IMG/VR virus record: IMGVR_UViG_2623620416_000002
Span: 1-41,252 of that record
Strand: one strand, 5' to 3'
Source: a virus
Taxonomy: Duplodnaviria; Heunggongvirae; Uroviricota; Caudoviricetes
DNA length: 41,252 nt
Below are positions 17,401 through 25,440 of the stretch, piece by piece (positions within the stretch are counted from its first letter, which is position 1; every line of letters starts with the position of its first letter). Below the pieces are notes generated by a model. The model did not search any database and had not been told where the DNA came from. It worked only from the letters and a program-made list of their open reading frames with translations. Both the position numbers and the translations under genes were made by a program.

Positions 17401-18427
17401 TGAGCAAGCAGATGCGCTTTGCAACACTATTATGGCTTTCTCTCGATATTCATTTAATAGATCTCATTCTTGGGCTTATGCTGAATTAGGATATATCACT
17501 CTATATCTAAAACATCATTATAAGTTAGAGTGGTGGACTGCAGTTTTAAATAATGAGGACAATGGTGATAAAATCAAAAAGTATATCGCGTATCTCGGAG
17601 ATACGGTGGTTGCACCCTCTCTCTCACAGCCAACGCAAATCTTTGCTATCAAAAATGGAAAAATCGTTGCCCCTATTAGTGCTATTAAGTCGGTTGGGCC
17701 TGCTGTCGTCAACGAGTTGGTCTCAAAAGGACCATTTACTTCATTGGAAGACTACGTATTGCGGGTCAACCATTCTCGTGTCAATATTGGCTCATTCTCA
17801 GCCTTAATTAAAGCAAGAGCTGCAGACGACTTAATGGATCAATCTATTCCTGATTATGTTGAGCGTCGCTTAGATTTAATGAAGAAATATCTTGGTCTTC
17901 GTAAATCTAAAACTGAATTTAAAGAAGATATGTATGACTTGGACGCAATCAAAATCTTCTTACAAGAGAAAGAATACAATAGCTCATTTAATCGTCATCT
18001 CATGGCTGATCCTGCTATTGGTAAGATTTTAGAGTCAAAATGGTCTGCACTTACGCCCACTGGTCGTCAAGGTATTCCATACTATATGAAATCTGCACAA
18101 GGTAGTGAACACGATACCTATGTTCTTGGTTCAGTTAAAGTTGGCGAAGGTCTTCTTAAAAAGAACTACGAAAAAGATGTTGCTATGATTCTTTTATTTG
18201 ATAGTTCTTCCTATCGCACAGGTGTTTCAAAGAAAACAGGTAAACAATGGCATTTGTGTTCTGTAATGTTATCTGATGGATATAATTTCATTGAAGCATC
18301 ATTATGGGATACTAAGAAAGCTTTAGGTTGGTCAAAGGACACAATTGTTTATGTTCGCGGTCAATTAAAAGCTGGCTTCAGAACAGCTCTAAGCTTAAAC
18401 ATCACAGAGATTGAAAAAGTAGAATAA
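14402..18427 (+). CDS. dnaE: DNA polymerase III alpha (DnaE, family C) with an N-terminal DEDDh 3'-5' exonuclease domain
   Basis: Exo motifs WLDGETTG, AGYNVGFD and HDALSD; PHP motifs LHLHS, DHG and SDAHF; polymerase motifs GIARGSAGGS, FPDIDLD, KADILG and YQEQVM; FNRSHS; C-terminal OB-like region. Confidence 0.95.
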   Translation: MKFGRNTVNYLWLDGETTGLDSLRNDIVQLACIAVVGGVEQAVTFNQYCQPIDWKEIDPGALAVNGLTIDFLKKQQTPQAMVNNLVLFAKQFNCKFIIAGYNVGFDKDFIASLFKKVGREADFLALFTGDIRDTMKRAKTLKSQLPTPNIKLATLAAHFGIPINAHDALSDIQATMKVDKILSDMLGETEVFVAEEHDLLDVSFPEPAQLHLHSMFSHTDSLNSVAEWAKWCVDNKVPGFSIVDHGNAASLFDMTHLKEKVIGIPGSGLHVKHGDQMFYLSAWAQSNQGYNNLVKLASIGWANRIDISDIEFPVVSLEDVISKQEGIVFGVPGINGPVTQMIMSRQLTEASTLIQYLNDNLDIRLELASLDAYKYYDSAIGFRSYNIDGGNIQKHINIFYNSIAKQFNIKAIPVSDAHFISQEDKIVQDCVSRNSYKDGRYFFESRHVTRAQEMYSVLKAHLGDALSYDDFEVMINNTYDIMNHAASIKIKHEFHLPKIQIPDSLRVKTDDYNMQTYYYMMQKIKEHGRWNNDPVYVDRFKREVDVIMKNETLNFLPYFLVYEDICSYARSSGLPQGIARGSAGGSLLSYYLKIIHVDPVAQNLPFERFLSHARIRAGSFPDIDLDIARRARPLVMKYLQDKYGLGFAQMATFSKMKTKKAIKDAMYSLYGRGGKDPEIVAVCNEIDDSPQGVDEYDFLYGYTDKEGEEHKGEVDKKPLLKNFFEQRPEVKEMVDKLIGAIAGWSRHASAFVISTLDLSDGRVPTMIMSDKELGEIMVTQFDAPMVEKCGMVKADILGINTLNMVSDALDLIKERHGIDFREEEKGVPAIYRLPDRDKGVFSDFYKRDTDSTFQFNSDVIKGAAQEFAPLCREDLSLMTALYRPGAMDAQTEFVLAGSNSKKLGKEGRPETMAATNKYVGIRNGNIHEDYIHEDLKPYVSDTLGIIVYQEQVMAILVGLCGYTLEETDIIRSAIAKKKHEVIMATFGRIREVTASRGWTPEQADALCNTIMAFSRYSFNRSHSWAYAELGYITLYLKHHYKLEWWTAVLNNEDNGDKIKKYIAYLGDTVVAPSLSQPTQIFAIKNGKIVAPISAIKSVGPAVVNELVSKGPFTSLEDYVLRVNHSRVNIGSFSALIKARAADDLMDQSIPDYVERRLDLMKKYLGLRKSKTEFKEDMYDLDAIKIFLQEKEYNSSFNRHLMADPAIGKILESKWSALTPTGRQGIPYYMKSAQGSEHDTYVLGSVKVGEGLLKKNYEKDVAMILLFDSSSYRTGVSKKTGKQWHLCSVMLSDGYNFIEASLWDTKKALGWSKDTIVYVRGQLKAGFRTALSLNITEIEKVE

Positions 18428-18445
18428 GACTCTAAAGGAGAATAT

Positions 18446-18973
18446 ATGGCTAAATTTGTAGTAGTAAAAGAAGCACCAAAAGAATTAAAAAAAGGTGAAT
18501 ATCTTATCGACAAACCTTCATTTGTGGAGCAAATTGCTTTACATAAAGCGAAGAAGCCTCGCAATGGCTTAACTGGCTCTCACTATATTCGTATGGTTGT
18601 AGACTCAATTTCTCAAGCTTATGATCCTGAGAATATGACTGCTTATTCAATTAAAGCTCACAAATACGAAGGACGTAAATTCGATACTGATGAACAGTTT
18701 AATGATATCATTGTTGAAGCATTAACTCAAGATTATCCAGCCATTTTTCCTAAATATCTTGAAGTTAAAGTTCGCAATCGTCCAGCTGGAACAACTACTG
18801 TGTATTATGTTGACAGTAATATTTCTGGTCAATATGAAATATTTTATCGCAATGGTTTGGGAGAAGAAAAAGTTGAAGCTCCACAAAAACCTAAATCTGA
18901 TAAAGTAGTTGGCAAACCTGCAATCACTAAAGAAGAAGCAGAAGCCAAGAAAAATCAAGCAGATAGCCAATAA
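18446..18973 (+). CDS. Hypothetical protein, 175 aa
   Basis: AAGGAG SD; no clear motif. Confidence 0.8.
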   Translation: MAKFVVVKEAPKELKKGEYLIDKPSFVEQIALHKAKKPRNGLTGSHYIRMVVDSISQAYDPENMTAYSIKAHKYEGRKFDTDEQFNDIIVEALTQDYPAIFPKYLEVKVRNRPAGTTTVYYVDSNISGQYEIFYRNGLGEEKVEAPQKPKSDKVVGKPAITKEEAEAKKNQADSQ

Positions 18974-18991
18974 TTGTGCAATTAGTATAAA

Positions 18992-19015
18992 GCCGTGGTA
19001 TAATATATTCACGGC
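18992..19015 (+). promoter_or_regulatory. -10 box enclosed by an inverted repeat (GCCGTG-N12-CACGGC)
   Basis: TATAAT at 18999-19004 lies within the 12-nt spacer, upstream of the SSB-like gene. Confidence 0.6.
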
Positions 19016-19060
19016 AATTACGCCCATGAATAAACAGTAAGTATACACTAAGGAGTATCT

Positions 19061-20068
19061 ATGTCTCAATCGAAGATCAAGATTAATCTTGACAGTCTCA
19101 AAACACGTCGTGAATGGAAACGTCATAAAGTAAAAGACGGTTCAAACGTGTACCGAATCCTCCCGCCTTTTGGCGAATCTTCTAACGGCTATCCATACAG
19201 AAAATGGCAGATCATCTGGGGTTTACAAGATCCAGAATCTGGACGTGCACGTCCTTTCGCTTCTTCAATGACAAGTGAAAAGAAATGCCCTGTTACGGAA
19301 TACGTTCAAGAATTGAAGAAAAAAGCTGAGGCTCTTAAATCACAACTAGCAGCTGCCGGTGTTGATGAAGAAACTCAAAAAGAGCGTCTTGGAGCTTTAA
19401 ACAAGCTGATTTCTGATTTAAACCCTAAAACGGTTTATATCTACAACGCAGCAGATAAATCTGGTGATGTTGGTCTTTTAGAGCTTAAGTCTACTGCTCA
19501 AAAGAAAATGAAAGCTGAAATGGCTCAATACATCCAAGATTACAACCAAGATCCAACGTCTTTAAATTCTGAAGACACAGATTCTGGATTGTGGTTCAAT
19601 ATCACTCGATCTGGCATGGGTCGCGATACTGAGTACGATGTTAAGAAAATGCAAATTAAAACTAAAAACCCTACAACTGGAAAGATCTCTTTTGAAGATG
19701 ATCGCTCTCCACTTCCTGATTCTGTCGTAGAGAACTATGACAATTTAGCTTATGATCTTGGTGCAGTTTACCAAGTTAAATCATACGATGAATTGGCAGA
19801 AATTCTTGAAGCCAATATGGCTTCGCTTATCGAGATTTGCCCTGATGCAGATCTTGGAGCATCAACGACTGTTGTCAAGTCTGCTGCACCTAAAGCTGCT
19901 CCTGCGCAAGCGCAAAAGCCTGTTGGTACAAAGACTGTGACACTAAAAATGGATGATGATGAAGAAGAAGAAACGCCAGTTGCTACCACTACTCGCTCTA
20001 CAAAAGTTCAAGCAGCTTCTGTAGAAGACGATTTCTTGGCTGAAGCTGACGCACTTCTAAACTCGTAA
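19061..20068 (+). CDS. Single-stranded DNA-binding protein, T4 gp32-like
   Basis: YRILPP motif, acidic C-terminal tail (DDDEEEE...EDDFLAEADALLNS), and position before the UvsY-like and RecA genes. Confidence 0.7.
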   Translation: MSQSKIKINLDSLKTRREWKRHKVKDGSNVYRILPPFGESSNGYPYRKWQIIWGLQDPESGRARPFASSMTSEKKCPVTEYVQELKKKAEALKSQLAAAGVDEETQKERLGALNKLISDLNPKTVYIYNAADKSGDVGLLELKSTAQKKMKAEMAQYIQDYNQDPTSLNSEDTDSGLWFNITRSGMGRDTEYDVKKMQIKTKNPTTGKISFEDDRSPLPDSVVENYDNLAYDLGAVYQVKSYDELAEILEANMASLIEICPDADLGASTTVVKSAAPKAAPAQAQKPVGTKTVTLKMDDDEEEETPVATTTRSTKVQAASVEDDFLAEADALLNS

Positions 20069-20077
20069 GGAGTAAAG

Positions 20078-20530
20078 ATGAGTGACGATAAGCAAGTGGC
20101 ATCAATAGATGTTACTCAGCTTGCAGTCTATCTTAATAAAGTTAAAGAGATTGCGTCCATCAATAAAATGATGGGCGCAACTTATTTAAGAGACTTTATT
20201 GAAGGTCAAGACGTTGCAGGCGCAATGTTAGCACGAGCAATTAGAGAAGATGCAAAAGCAAAAGCACGTTTAGAACATGCTGAAGCTGTTGCGTATTTAG
20301 ATAATGCTTCTGCTTATCTACAATCAAAAGGTATTAAAGACAGTTCTGAGGCTCGTAAACGATATGTTGATATCGACGAGACTGTTGTTGCTGCTAAGGA
20401 TAAGAAAGCTCAGACAGAAGCTTTAGTATCATTAATGAAGAACAAACTATCTGTCCTGCGTCAAGCACATGATGATCTAAAAAAGATCTTATATGGTGAT
20501 ACGCACTTGACTCCATACGAGGGGATGTAA
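20078..20530 (+). CDS. UvsY-like recombination mediator (putative)
   Basis: All-helical 150-aa protein with ...RKRYVDID... located between SSB and RecA. Confidence 0.45.
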   Translation: MSDDKQVASIDVTQLAVYLNKVKEIASINKMMGATYLRDFIEGQDVAGAMLARAIREDAKAKARLEHAEAVAYLDNASAYLQSKGIKDSSEARKRYVDIDETVVAAKDKKAQTEALVSLMKNKLSVLRQAHDDLKKILYGDTHLTPYEGM

Positions 20531-20531
20531 T

Positions 20532-21647
20532 ATGTCTAAATGGATGAGTAAATTGACCGCAGATTTTGGTGTGGTCGCAAAGAATCTAAACAGTAAACTT
20601 CCAGCGGTTGTTCCTACACGATCGCCTTCACTTAACTGGGCAACTGGTATTGGTGGATTTCAACCAGGTAAAGTTGCCGTTCTATACGGTCCTGAAAGTT
20701 CTGGTAAATCACTTTTAGCAATGATGGCGGTAGCTGATGAACAAAAGAAAGATAAAGAAGCCATCTTTGTGTGGTTCGATGCAGAATTCTCATTCAATCT
20801 ACCTCTCTTCACGAAGATTGGCGGAGATGCTGAACGACTTATTGTACGTAAAACCAACGACCCCCTTAAGATATTCGACTATATTGGAGGTGAGATGTTG
20901 GAAGCACTACAGGAAGGAGCTCCAATCCGTGGTATCGTTATTGATTCTATTAAAGCGATTAGATATCCTAAAGAAGCAAACATGAAGCAAACTACCGACC
21001 AGAAAATGGGCGGAACTGGTGCATCATATTTACCTTCAGCACTCAAGCTAATTATTCCTGTTATTGCTGAATATAATCTATTAACTTTCTTTATCCAACA
21101 AGTAACTATGGAAATCGATCCAATGAAAGCTTTACGTAATCCATACGTAATCACAGAAGGTCGTGCTCTTAAGCATGCTGCAGATCTTATGTTGGAAATT
21201 GTTAAATTAGATACTAAAAACGGTATTGTTGAATCTGGAGAAACAATCTCTGGAGCAGCTCAACAGACAGGTCATAAAGTTCGTATTAAAGTTAAGAAGA
21301 ATCGTCTTGGCGCCCCTGCTCGTATGGCACAATTCACTTATCATTATGATAACGGTATTGTTGACACCGCTACAGAGATCTTTGAACTTGGAAAATCTTT
21401 AGGAGTTGTATTTCATCCAATTAATCCAGAAACTGGAAAAGTTAATGCTCAAATGTGGGCAGTTGGAAATCATCAGCCTATCCGTGGTGAAGCTAATATG
21501 CTGGCTTTTGTTCAAGGATCTAAAGCAATTCAGGAAGAAATCATGCAATCATGCTTTGCTCATAAAGATGCAGCTGTTCAAACAGATGCAGATGGCATGG
21601 TCGTTGGCGATGATGCTCTTGATGACATCAATATAGATTTGGAATAA
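20532..21647 (+). CDS. recA: RecA/UvsX-like recombinase
   Basis: Walker A YGPESSGKS, FDAE, Walker B IVIDSI, GRALKH and KVKKNR. Confidence 0.93.
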   Translation: MSKWMSKLTADFGVVAKNLNSKLPAVVPTRSPSLNWATGIGGFQPGKVAVLYGPESSGKSLLAMMAVADEQKKDKEAIFVWFDAEFSFNLPLFTKIGGDAERLIVRKTNDPLKIFDYIGGEMLEALQEGAPIRGIVIDSIKAIRYPKEANMKQTTDQKMGGTGASYLPSALKLIIPVIAEYNLLTFFIQQVTMEIDPMKALRNPYVITEGRALKHAADLMLEIVKLDTKNGIVESGETISGAAQQTGHKVRIKVKKNRLGAPARMAQFTYHYDNGIVDTATEIFELGKSLGVVFHPINPETGKVNAQMWAVGNHQPIRGEANMLAFVQGSKAIQEEIMQSCFAHKDAAVQTDADGMVVGDDALDDINIDLE

Positions 21648-21649
21648 TC

Positions 21650-22255
21650 ATGATTACAGCTATTGGCGATGTAATGAGAAGATGCTACGATAAAGGCTGG
21701 ATTACCACAAGAGACGGTAATGCCAGCGTTCGTCTTCGTGGTGCAAATTGTGTTTATATTACGCCTAGTGGTATTCGCAAAAATACCATTAGAGTTGAAG
21801 ATATTATTAAAATGAAGATTGTTTCTGGTGGACAAGAACTTCAGATTCCTGAAGGAACTAAACCATCTGGTGAGTTACACATGCATTGGCTTCTTCAAAG
21901 ATCTGCCACTAAGACTCGCGCAGTTCTCCATGTTCATCCTACTCATGTTATTGCAGCAATGCATGCTGGTTGGGATTTAAAAGAATTATGTAAACCTTTT
22001 GCTGAAATCTATCGATATACAAGAGTTGGACCCAATGTCCCAGAAATTCCTGCTGTTACAGAGCAATTAGGTAATGCTACATATCTTGCAATGTGTCCAA
22101 CTGATAATTTAGAGTTTGATATAGTTGGTCAAGTTGGTCATGGTGTATGTGCTGTTGCAGGTGATCCATGGACTGCATACGAGCATGTAGAAAGATTAGA
22201 TCATATATGCGAAATAGTCTTAAAGAGTGGTGTGAAACCACCGACATCTCTATAA
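21650..22255 (+). CDS. Class II aldolase/adducin-family protein
   Basis: GNASVR, ITPSG, PSGELHMH, AVLHVHPTH and GHGV (three-His zinc site). Confidence 0.9.
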   Translation: MITAIGDVMRRCYDKGWITTRDGNASVRLRGANCVYITPSGIRKNTIRVEDIIKMKIVSGGQELQIPEGTKPSGELHMHWLLQRSATKTRAVLHVHPTHVIAAMHAGWDLKELCKPFAEIYRYTRVGPNVPEIPAVTEQLGNATYLAMCPTDNLEFDIVGQVGHGVCAVAGDPWTAYEHVERLDHICEIVLKSGVKPPTSL

Positions 22256-22614
22256 ATGAAATAGAGCGCCGAGCAAACGAATGCGTTGAAAACGGTGGCT
22301 TTCCTACTTTAGTATTCATAAGTTCTGATCTATATGCAGAACTACAAAAACAAATGTCATCGCACGTAAGATTCTCTGGTCCTGGAGTGCCTGCTTTTGG
22401 TCAAGCAATCATGAGTATAAATGTATCTGCAGGATCTTTAAATGTTCAAGCAGTAGTAAAATTGCGTAATTTTTTATTAATTGGGCGTAAAGAAGATTTT
22501 GAAGCTTTTACTGCAAACGGTGTTGATCCAGTATTTTGGAATGATCAAGAGCGAGCACGAATAGATAAAGCATTTGAAGATTTAGTTATTTTGGAAGGCA
22601 AATATGAGACTTAA
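22207..22614 (+). CDS. Hypothetical protein (start 22207 or 22168), probable paralog of the next gene
   Basis: Shares GxxPxxVxxS...EL and a C-terminal DxxFE with 22604-22960. Confidence 0.65.
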   Translation: MRNSLKEWCETTDISINEIERRANECVENGGFPTLVFISSDLYAELQKQMSSHVRFSGPGVPAFGQAIMSINVSAGSLNVQAVVKLRNFLLIGRKEDFEAFTANGVDPVFWNDQERARIDKAFEDLVILEGKYET

Positions 22615-22960
22615 TTGGATGAAACCAACATCACATCACATGCTTATGTATAGTGATGTATTACAGGCTTGCAATGAATTCTATAATAGGTATGGAGTAA
22701 TACCAGATACAGTTAAGTTTTCTTATAAAGATTTATCTGAATTAATGTCCAACTTACCTTTTAGTGTAAACACACTAGAAAAAGGTAAACAGTATTCAAA
22801 TTACCTAGCGATTCCTGGTGGCCTTGTTGAACTTGCTGTTATGGAACACAATGATGAATCTATTGGTGGCAACTTAGGAGCACCTTCATTTTTTGTAGTT
22901 GAATCAAATCATGTCGATCGCGAGTTTGAAAAGATTATCCTAAATAAGGATCAGTCGTGA
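22604..22960 (+). CDS. Hypothetical protein, 118 aa
   Basis: Coupled to neighbouring genes; paralog-like to the previous gene. Confidence 0.7.
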   Translation: MRLNWMKPTSHHMLMYSDVLQACNEFYNRYGVIPDTVKFSYKDLSELMSNLPFSVNTLEKGKQYSNYLAIPGGLVELAVMEHNDESIGGNLGAPSFFVVESNHVDREFEKIILNKDQS

Positions 22961-23985
22961 AAGTTCTATTCATCGGGGATCCTCATCTTAAAATAACCCG
23001 CTTCGATTTGGCTAAGCAATTCTTGACTTGGGTCAACGATATTATTGCACAACACAAACCAGATCTAGTTGTTAATTTAGGAGATACATTTGACACCCAT
23101 GCGGTAGTTCGTTCTGAAGTTCTTACTGAGTTTATGAAGCATGTGGAATCTACAAATAAAACTTGTCCTTATATTTATTTACTAGGCAATCATGATATGT
23201 ACAAGCCTAATGATAATAAATATCACGCGCTTAAGCATCTTAAAGGTAAGATTAAAGGGTTCACCATAGTGGATGAATTAATTAACTTACATGGGATGAC
23301 ATTCGTACCTTATGTCCATAAACCAGAAGACTTCCCCAAACAAACGCTTCCGATCTGTGTCGCGCACCAAACCTTCAAAGGAGCAGATTTCGGAGACATT
23401 ACCACGAAAGATGGCGTTGATGCGACTAGCGTTACAGGCGCAGAGATCATCATCTCAGGACACATACATAAGAAGCAGCGCTTGGCCACCGGAGGACCAG
23501 AGGTCATATATTGTGGTAGCCCGTTTTCTCAGAGTTCTTCAGACATTAATCAAGTTAAGGGTGTAAGTATTTTTGATACGGAAACGTATGCGGAAGAATT
23601 TATTGTCTGTCCACTTCCTACGTGGCGCGGAGTCAAATTTCAATTAGATCAAAGTTTTTCTGCATTAGATATGCATGAGGAATTAATGCAAACACTTAAT
23701 GATAAAGATCATTGGGTGATTGAAATTACAGGACCAAAAGCAGAAGTAATTGGATATCTTGGATCTAAAAAAGGCAAAAGTCTGACCATAGGTCGAGATG
23801 TAAAAATCAAGACCGTATTTACTGATAAAGAAAAGCGACAAGTTCGAATAGAAGCATTATCACTATCTCACATTGTATCAGAGTATATAGATAAGGTATA
23901 TAACGGTTCTATCGATAAAGATTTACTTAAGTTGACTGCGAAGGATATTTTCGAGTCACTTAACAACGGTTCCCACCTGGTATAA
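22957..23985 (+). CDS. SbcD/Mre11/gp47-like metallophosphoesterase nuclease
   Basis: GDPH, GDTFD, GNHD, AHQT and SGHIH motifs. Confidence 0.9.
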   Translation: MKVLFIGDPHLKITRFDLAKQFLTWVNDIIAQHKPDLVVNLGDTFDTHAVVRSEVLTEFMKHVESTNKTCPYIYLLGNHDMYKPNDNKYHALKHLKGKIKGFTIVDELINLHGMTFVPYVHKPEDFPKQTLPICVAHQTFKGADFGDITTKDGVDATSVTGAEIIISGHIHKKQRLATGGPEVIYCGSPFSQSSSDINQVKGVSIFDTETYAEEFIVCPLPTWRGVKFQLDQSFSALDMHEELMQTLNDKDHWVIEITGPKAEVIGYLGSKKGKSLTIGRDVKIKTVFTDKEKRQVRIEALSLSHIVSEYIDKVYNGSIDKDLLKLTAKDIFESLNNGSHLV

Positions 23986-23997
23986 TTAACTCAGGTG
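23974..23997 (+). promoter_or_regulatory. -10 box enclosed by an inverted repeat (CACCTG-N12-CAGGTG)
   Basis: TATAAT at 23981-23986 lies in the spacer; its TAA is the SbcD-like stop codon. Confidence 0.6.
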
Positions 23998-24016
23998 AGA
24001 ACACCTAGGAGACAAC

Positions 24017-24475
24017 ATGGACTCTAAAAAAGAAGTAAACCTGGAGGAGTACGTCGATCAAAGACGATGGCTGTTAAATAACGGCTTCATCACTGACGAT
24101 GTAAAAAACCAGCTATTCTTTTGTGGTTCTATTGTCCATAAGGAAGTACAAGCTGTTGAGTTAGATTTAGAACCAGAAAATAAAAAGGTTCATTACAAGA
24201 TCTACGTAAACTCAGATCTCATTAAGAAGATTAGCAAGTATCACGTTCTCTCTAAGTCCACATCATTGTTTGATATGTGGCGATTCAAGCGCTTCCTTAA
24301 AAAAGAAGGAGCATTGGACTTCCAACAAATCCTGACTAAATTAGTCAAGGATTATTGCGGACCCACTTGGAGCGTCACACTTACAGTATTGGACTTCAAC
24401 ACCTACGTAGATGGGCTTGGAGAACAAAGTGAGATCGCTGGACGAAGTCAGCAACTTGATCAATTGCCTGAGTAA
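24017..24475 (+). CDS. Hypothetical protein, 152 aa
   Basis: AGGAG SD. Confidence 0.75.
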   Translation: MDSKKEVNLEEYVDQRRWLLNNGFITDDVKNQLFFCGSIVHKEVQAVELDLEPENKKVHYKIYVNSDLIKKISKYHVLSKSTSLFDMWRFKRFLKKEGALDFQQILTKLVKDYCGPTWSVTLTVLDFNTYVDGLGEQSEIAGRSQQLDQLPE

Positions 24476-24851
24476 CGACGAAGACGTAAGGCAAGACCTT
24501 TGGGTTCATTATTTGAGCGGTGCATCCGTTGAATCATTTGAAGCGCGCCTAGTGCGAATTAAAGTTGAGCACCAAGAAGATTCAGAGTTACAAAAAGCAA
24601 TATGGACATTAATCAATAATCCTATTTCGCAAGATCTTGCGAAACTTATCGAAACTAACTTTACTGACTATGAAAGATCAATTATTTGCTGTCTTATACT
24701 TGGACTTGATTCAGGTCGCATTTCTGAGATAAAAGGTATTAGTCAGGTACGTATTAAGCAGACTCTAGCAACTATCAGGTATAATAAATGTTGGGAAGAG
24801 GCTTATGGCACTAAAGAAAAACCTAACAGAAGAAGAGCGATACGGTCTTAG
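24429..24851 (+). CDS. Small sigma-factor-like protein (ECF-like, region-4 HTH)
   Basis: FTDYERSIICCLILGLDSGRISEIKGISQVRIKQTL fits the sigma70 region 4.2 pattern; N-terminal QDLWVHYL. GTG at 24429 has a GGAG SD (track start 24411). Confidence 0.55.
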   Translation: MRSLDEVSNLINCLSNDEDVRQDLWVHYLSGASVESFEARLVRIKVEHQEDSELQKAIWTLINNPISQDLAKLIETNFTDYERSIICCLILGLDSGRISEIKGISQVRIKQTLATIRYNKCWEEAYGTKEKPNRRRAIRS

Positions 24852-25440
24852 CGAAGAAGAGATCAAACTCGCTACTAAACACTTACGTAAAAATAAGACG
24901 GCTGGGGCTCTACAAGATTTAGAGGCTGCCAAGCTTTATGAAATGTACCTTCTTGGTGACTCAATTGCTAAGATTGCACAGAATTTTCCAAACTATACAA
25001 TTGGTCAAATTGCTTTAACGGCTGCTCTTAGAGGCTGGGCCAAAGACAGAGACAAAATGCAACACACCCTACAAGATAGGGTTCGTGCAAAAGTTGTTAA
25101 ATCTGTACTAGATCAAGTTGACTTCCTTACTTCTATGATGGCTGTAGCAAATGCAGAGCACTTAGAAGCCATGATCAAATACGTTCAAGATCCTATTAAT
25201 AATCCAAAACCTGCAATGCGGGTAACTAATATCAAAGAATATAAAGATGTTGCAGAAACTCTTTATAAGATTGTTGCTGGTTCTACTGGTGGCGGCACTG
25301 GAAAAGGCAAAGATAAATCTCCAATGTTTGATGCTCTTACAGCTTCACCTAATAAGCAAAATCAAGAGCCAGAAGAAGATGAAGACTTTGATATTACTAA
25401 ATTAGCTGACGCTATGCCTACGCCAACTGGTAAGGAATAA
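24805..25440 (+). CDS. Putative terminase small subunit
   Basis: HTH-like segment LYEMYLLGDSIAKIA...RGW; immediately precedes and is coupled (TAATG) to the large subunit. Confidence 0.55.
   Translation: MALKKNLTEEERYGLSEEEIKLATKHLRKNKTAGALQDLEAAKLYEMYLLGDSIAKIAQNFPNYTIGQIALTAALRGWAKDRDKMQHTLQDRVRAKVVKSVLDQVDFLTSMMAVANAEHLEAMIKYVQDPINNPKPAMRVTNIKEYKDVAETLYKIVAGSTGGGTGKGKDKSPMFDALTASPNKQNQEPEEDEDFDITKLADAMPTPTGKE

Noticed and set aside
18446-18973. dNMP kinase call
   Set aside because: Faint similarity in the middle of the protein but no P-loop.
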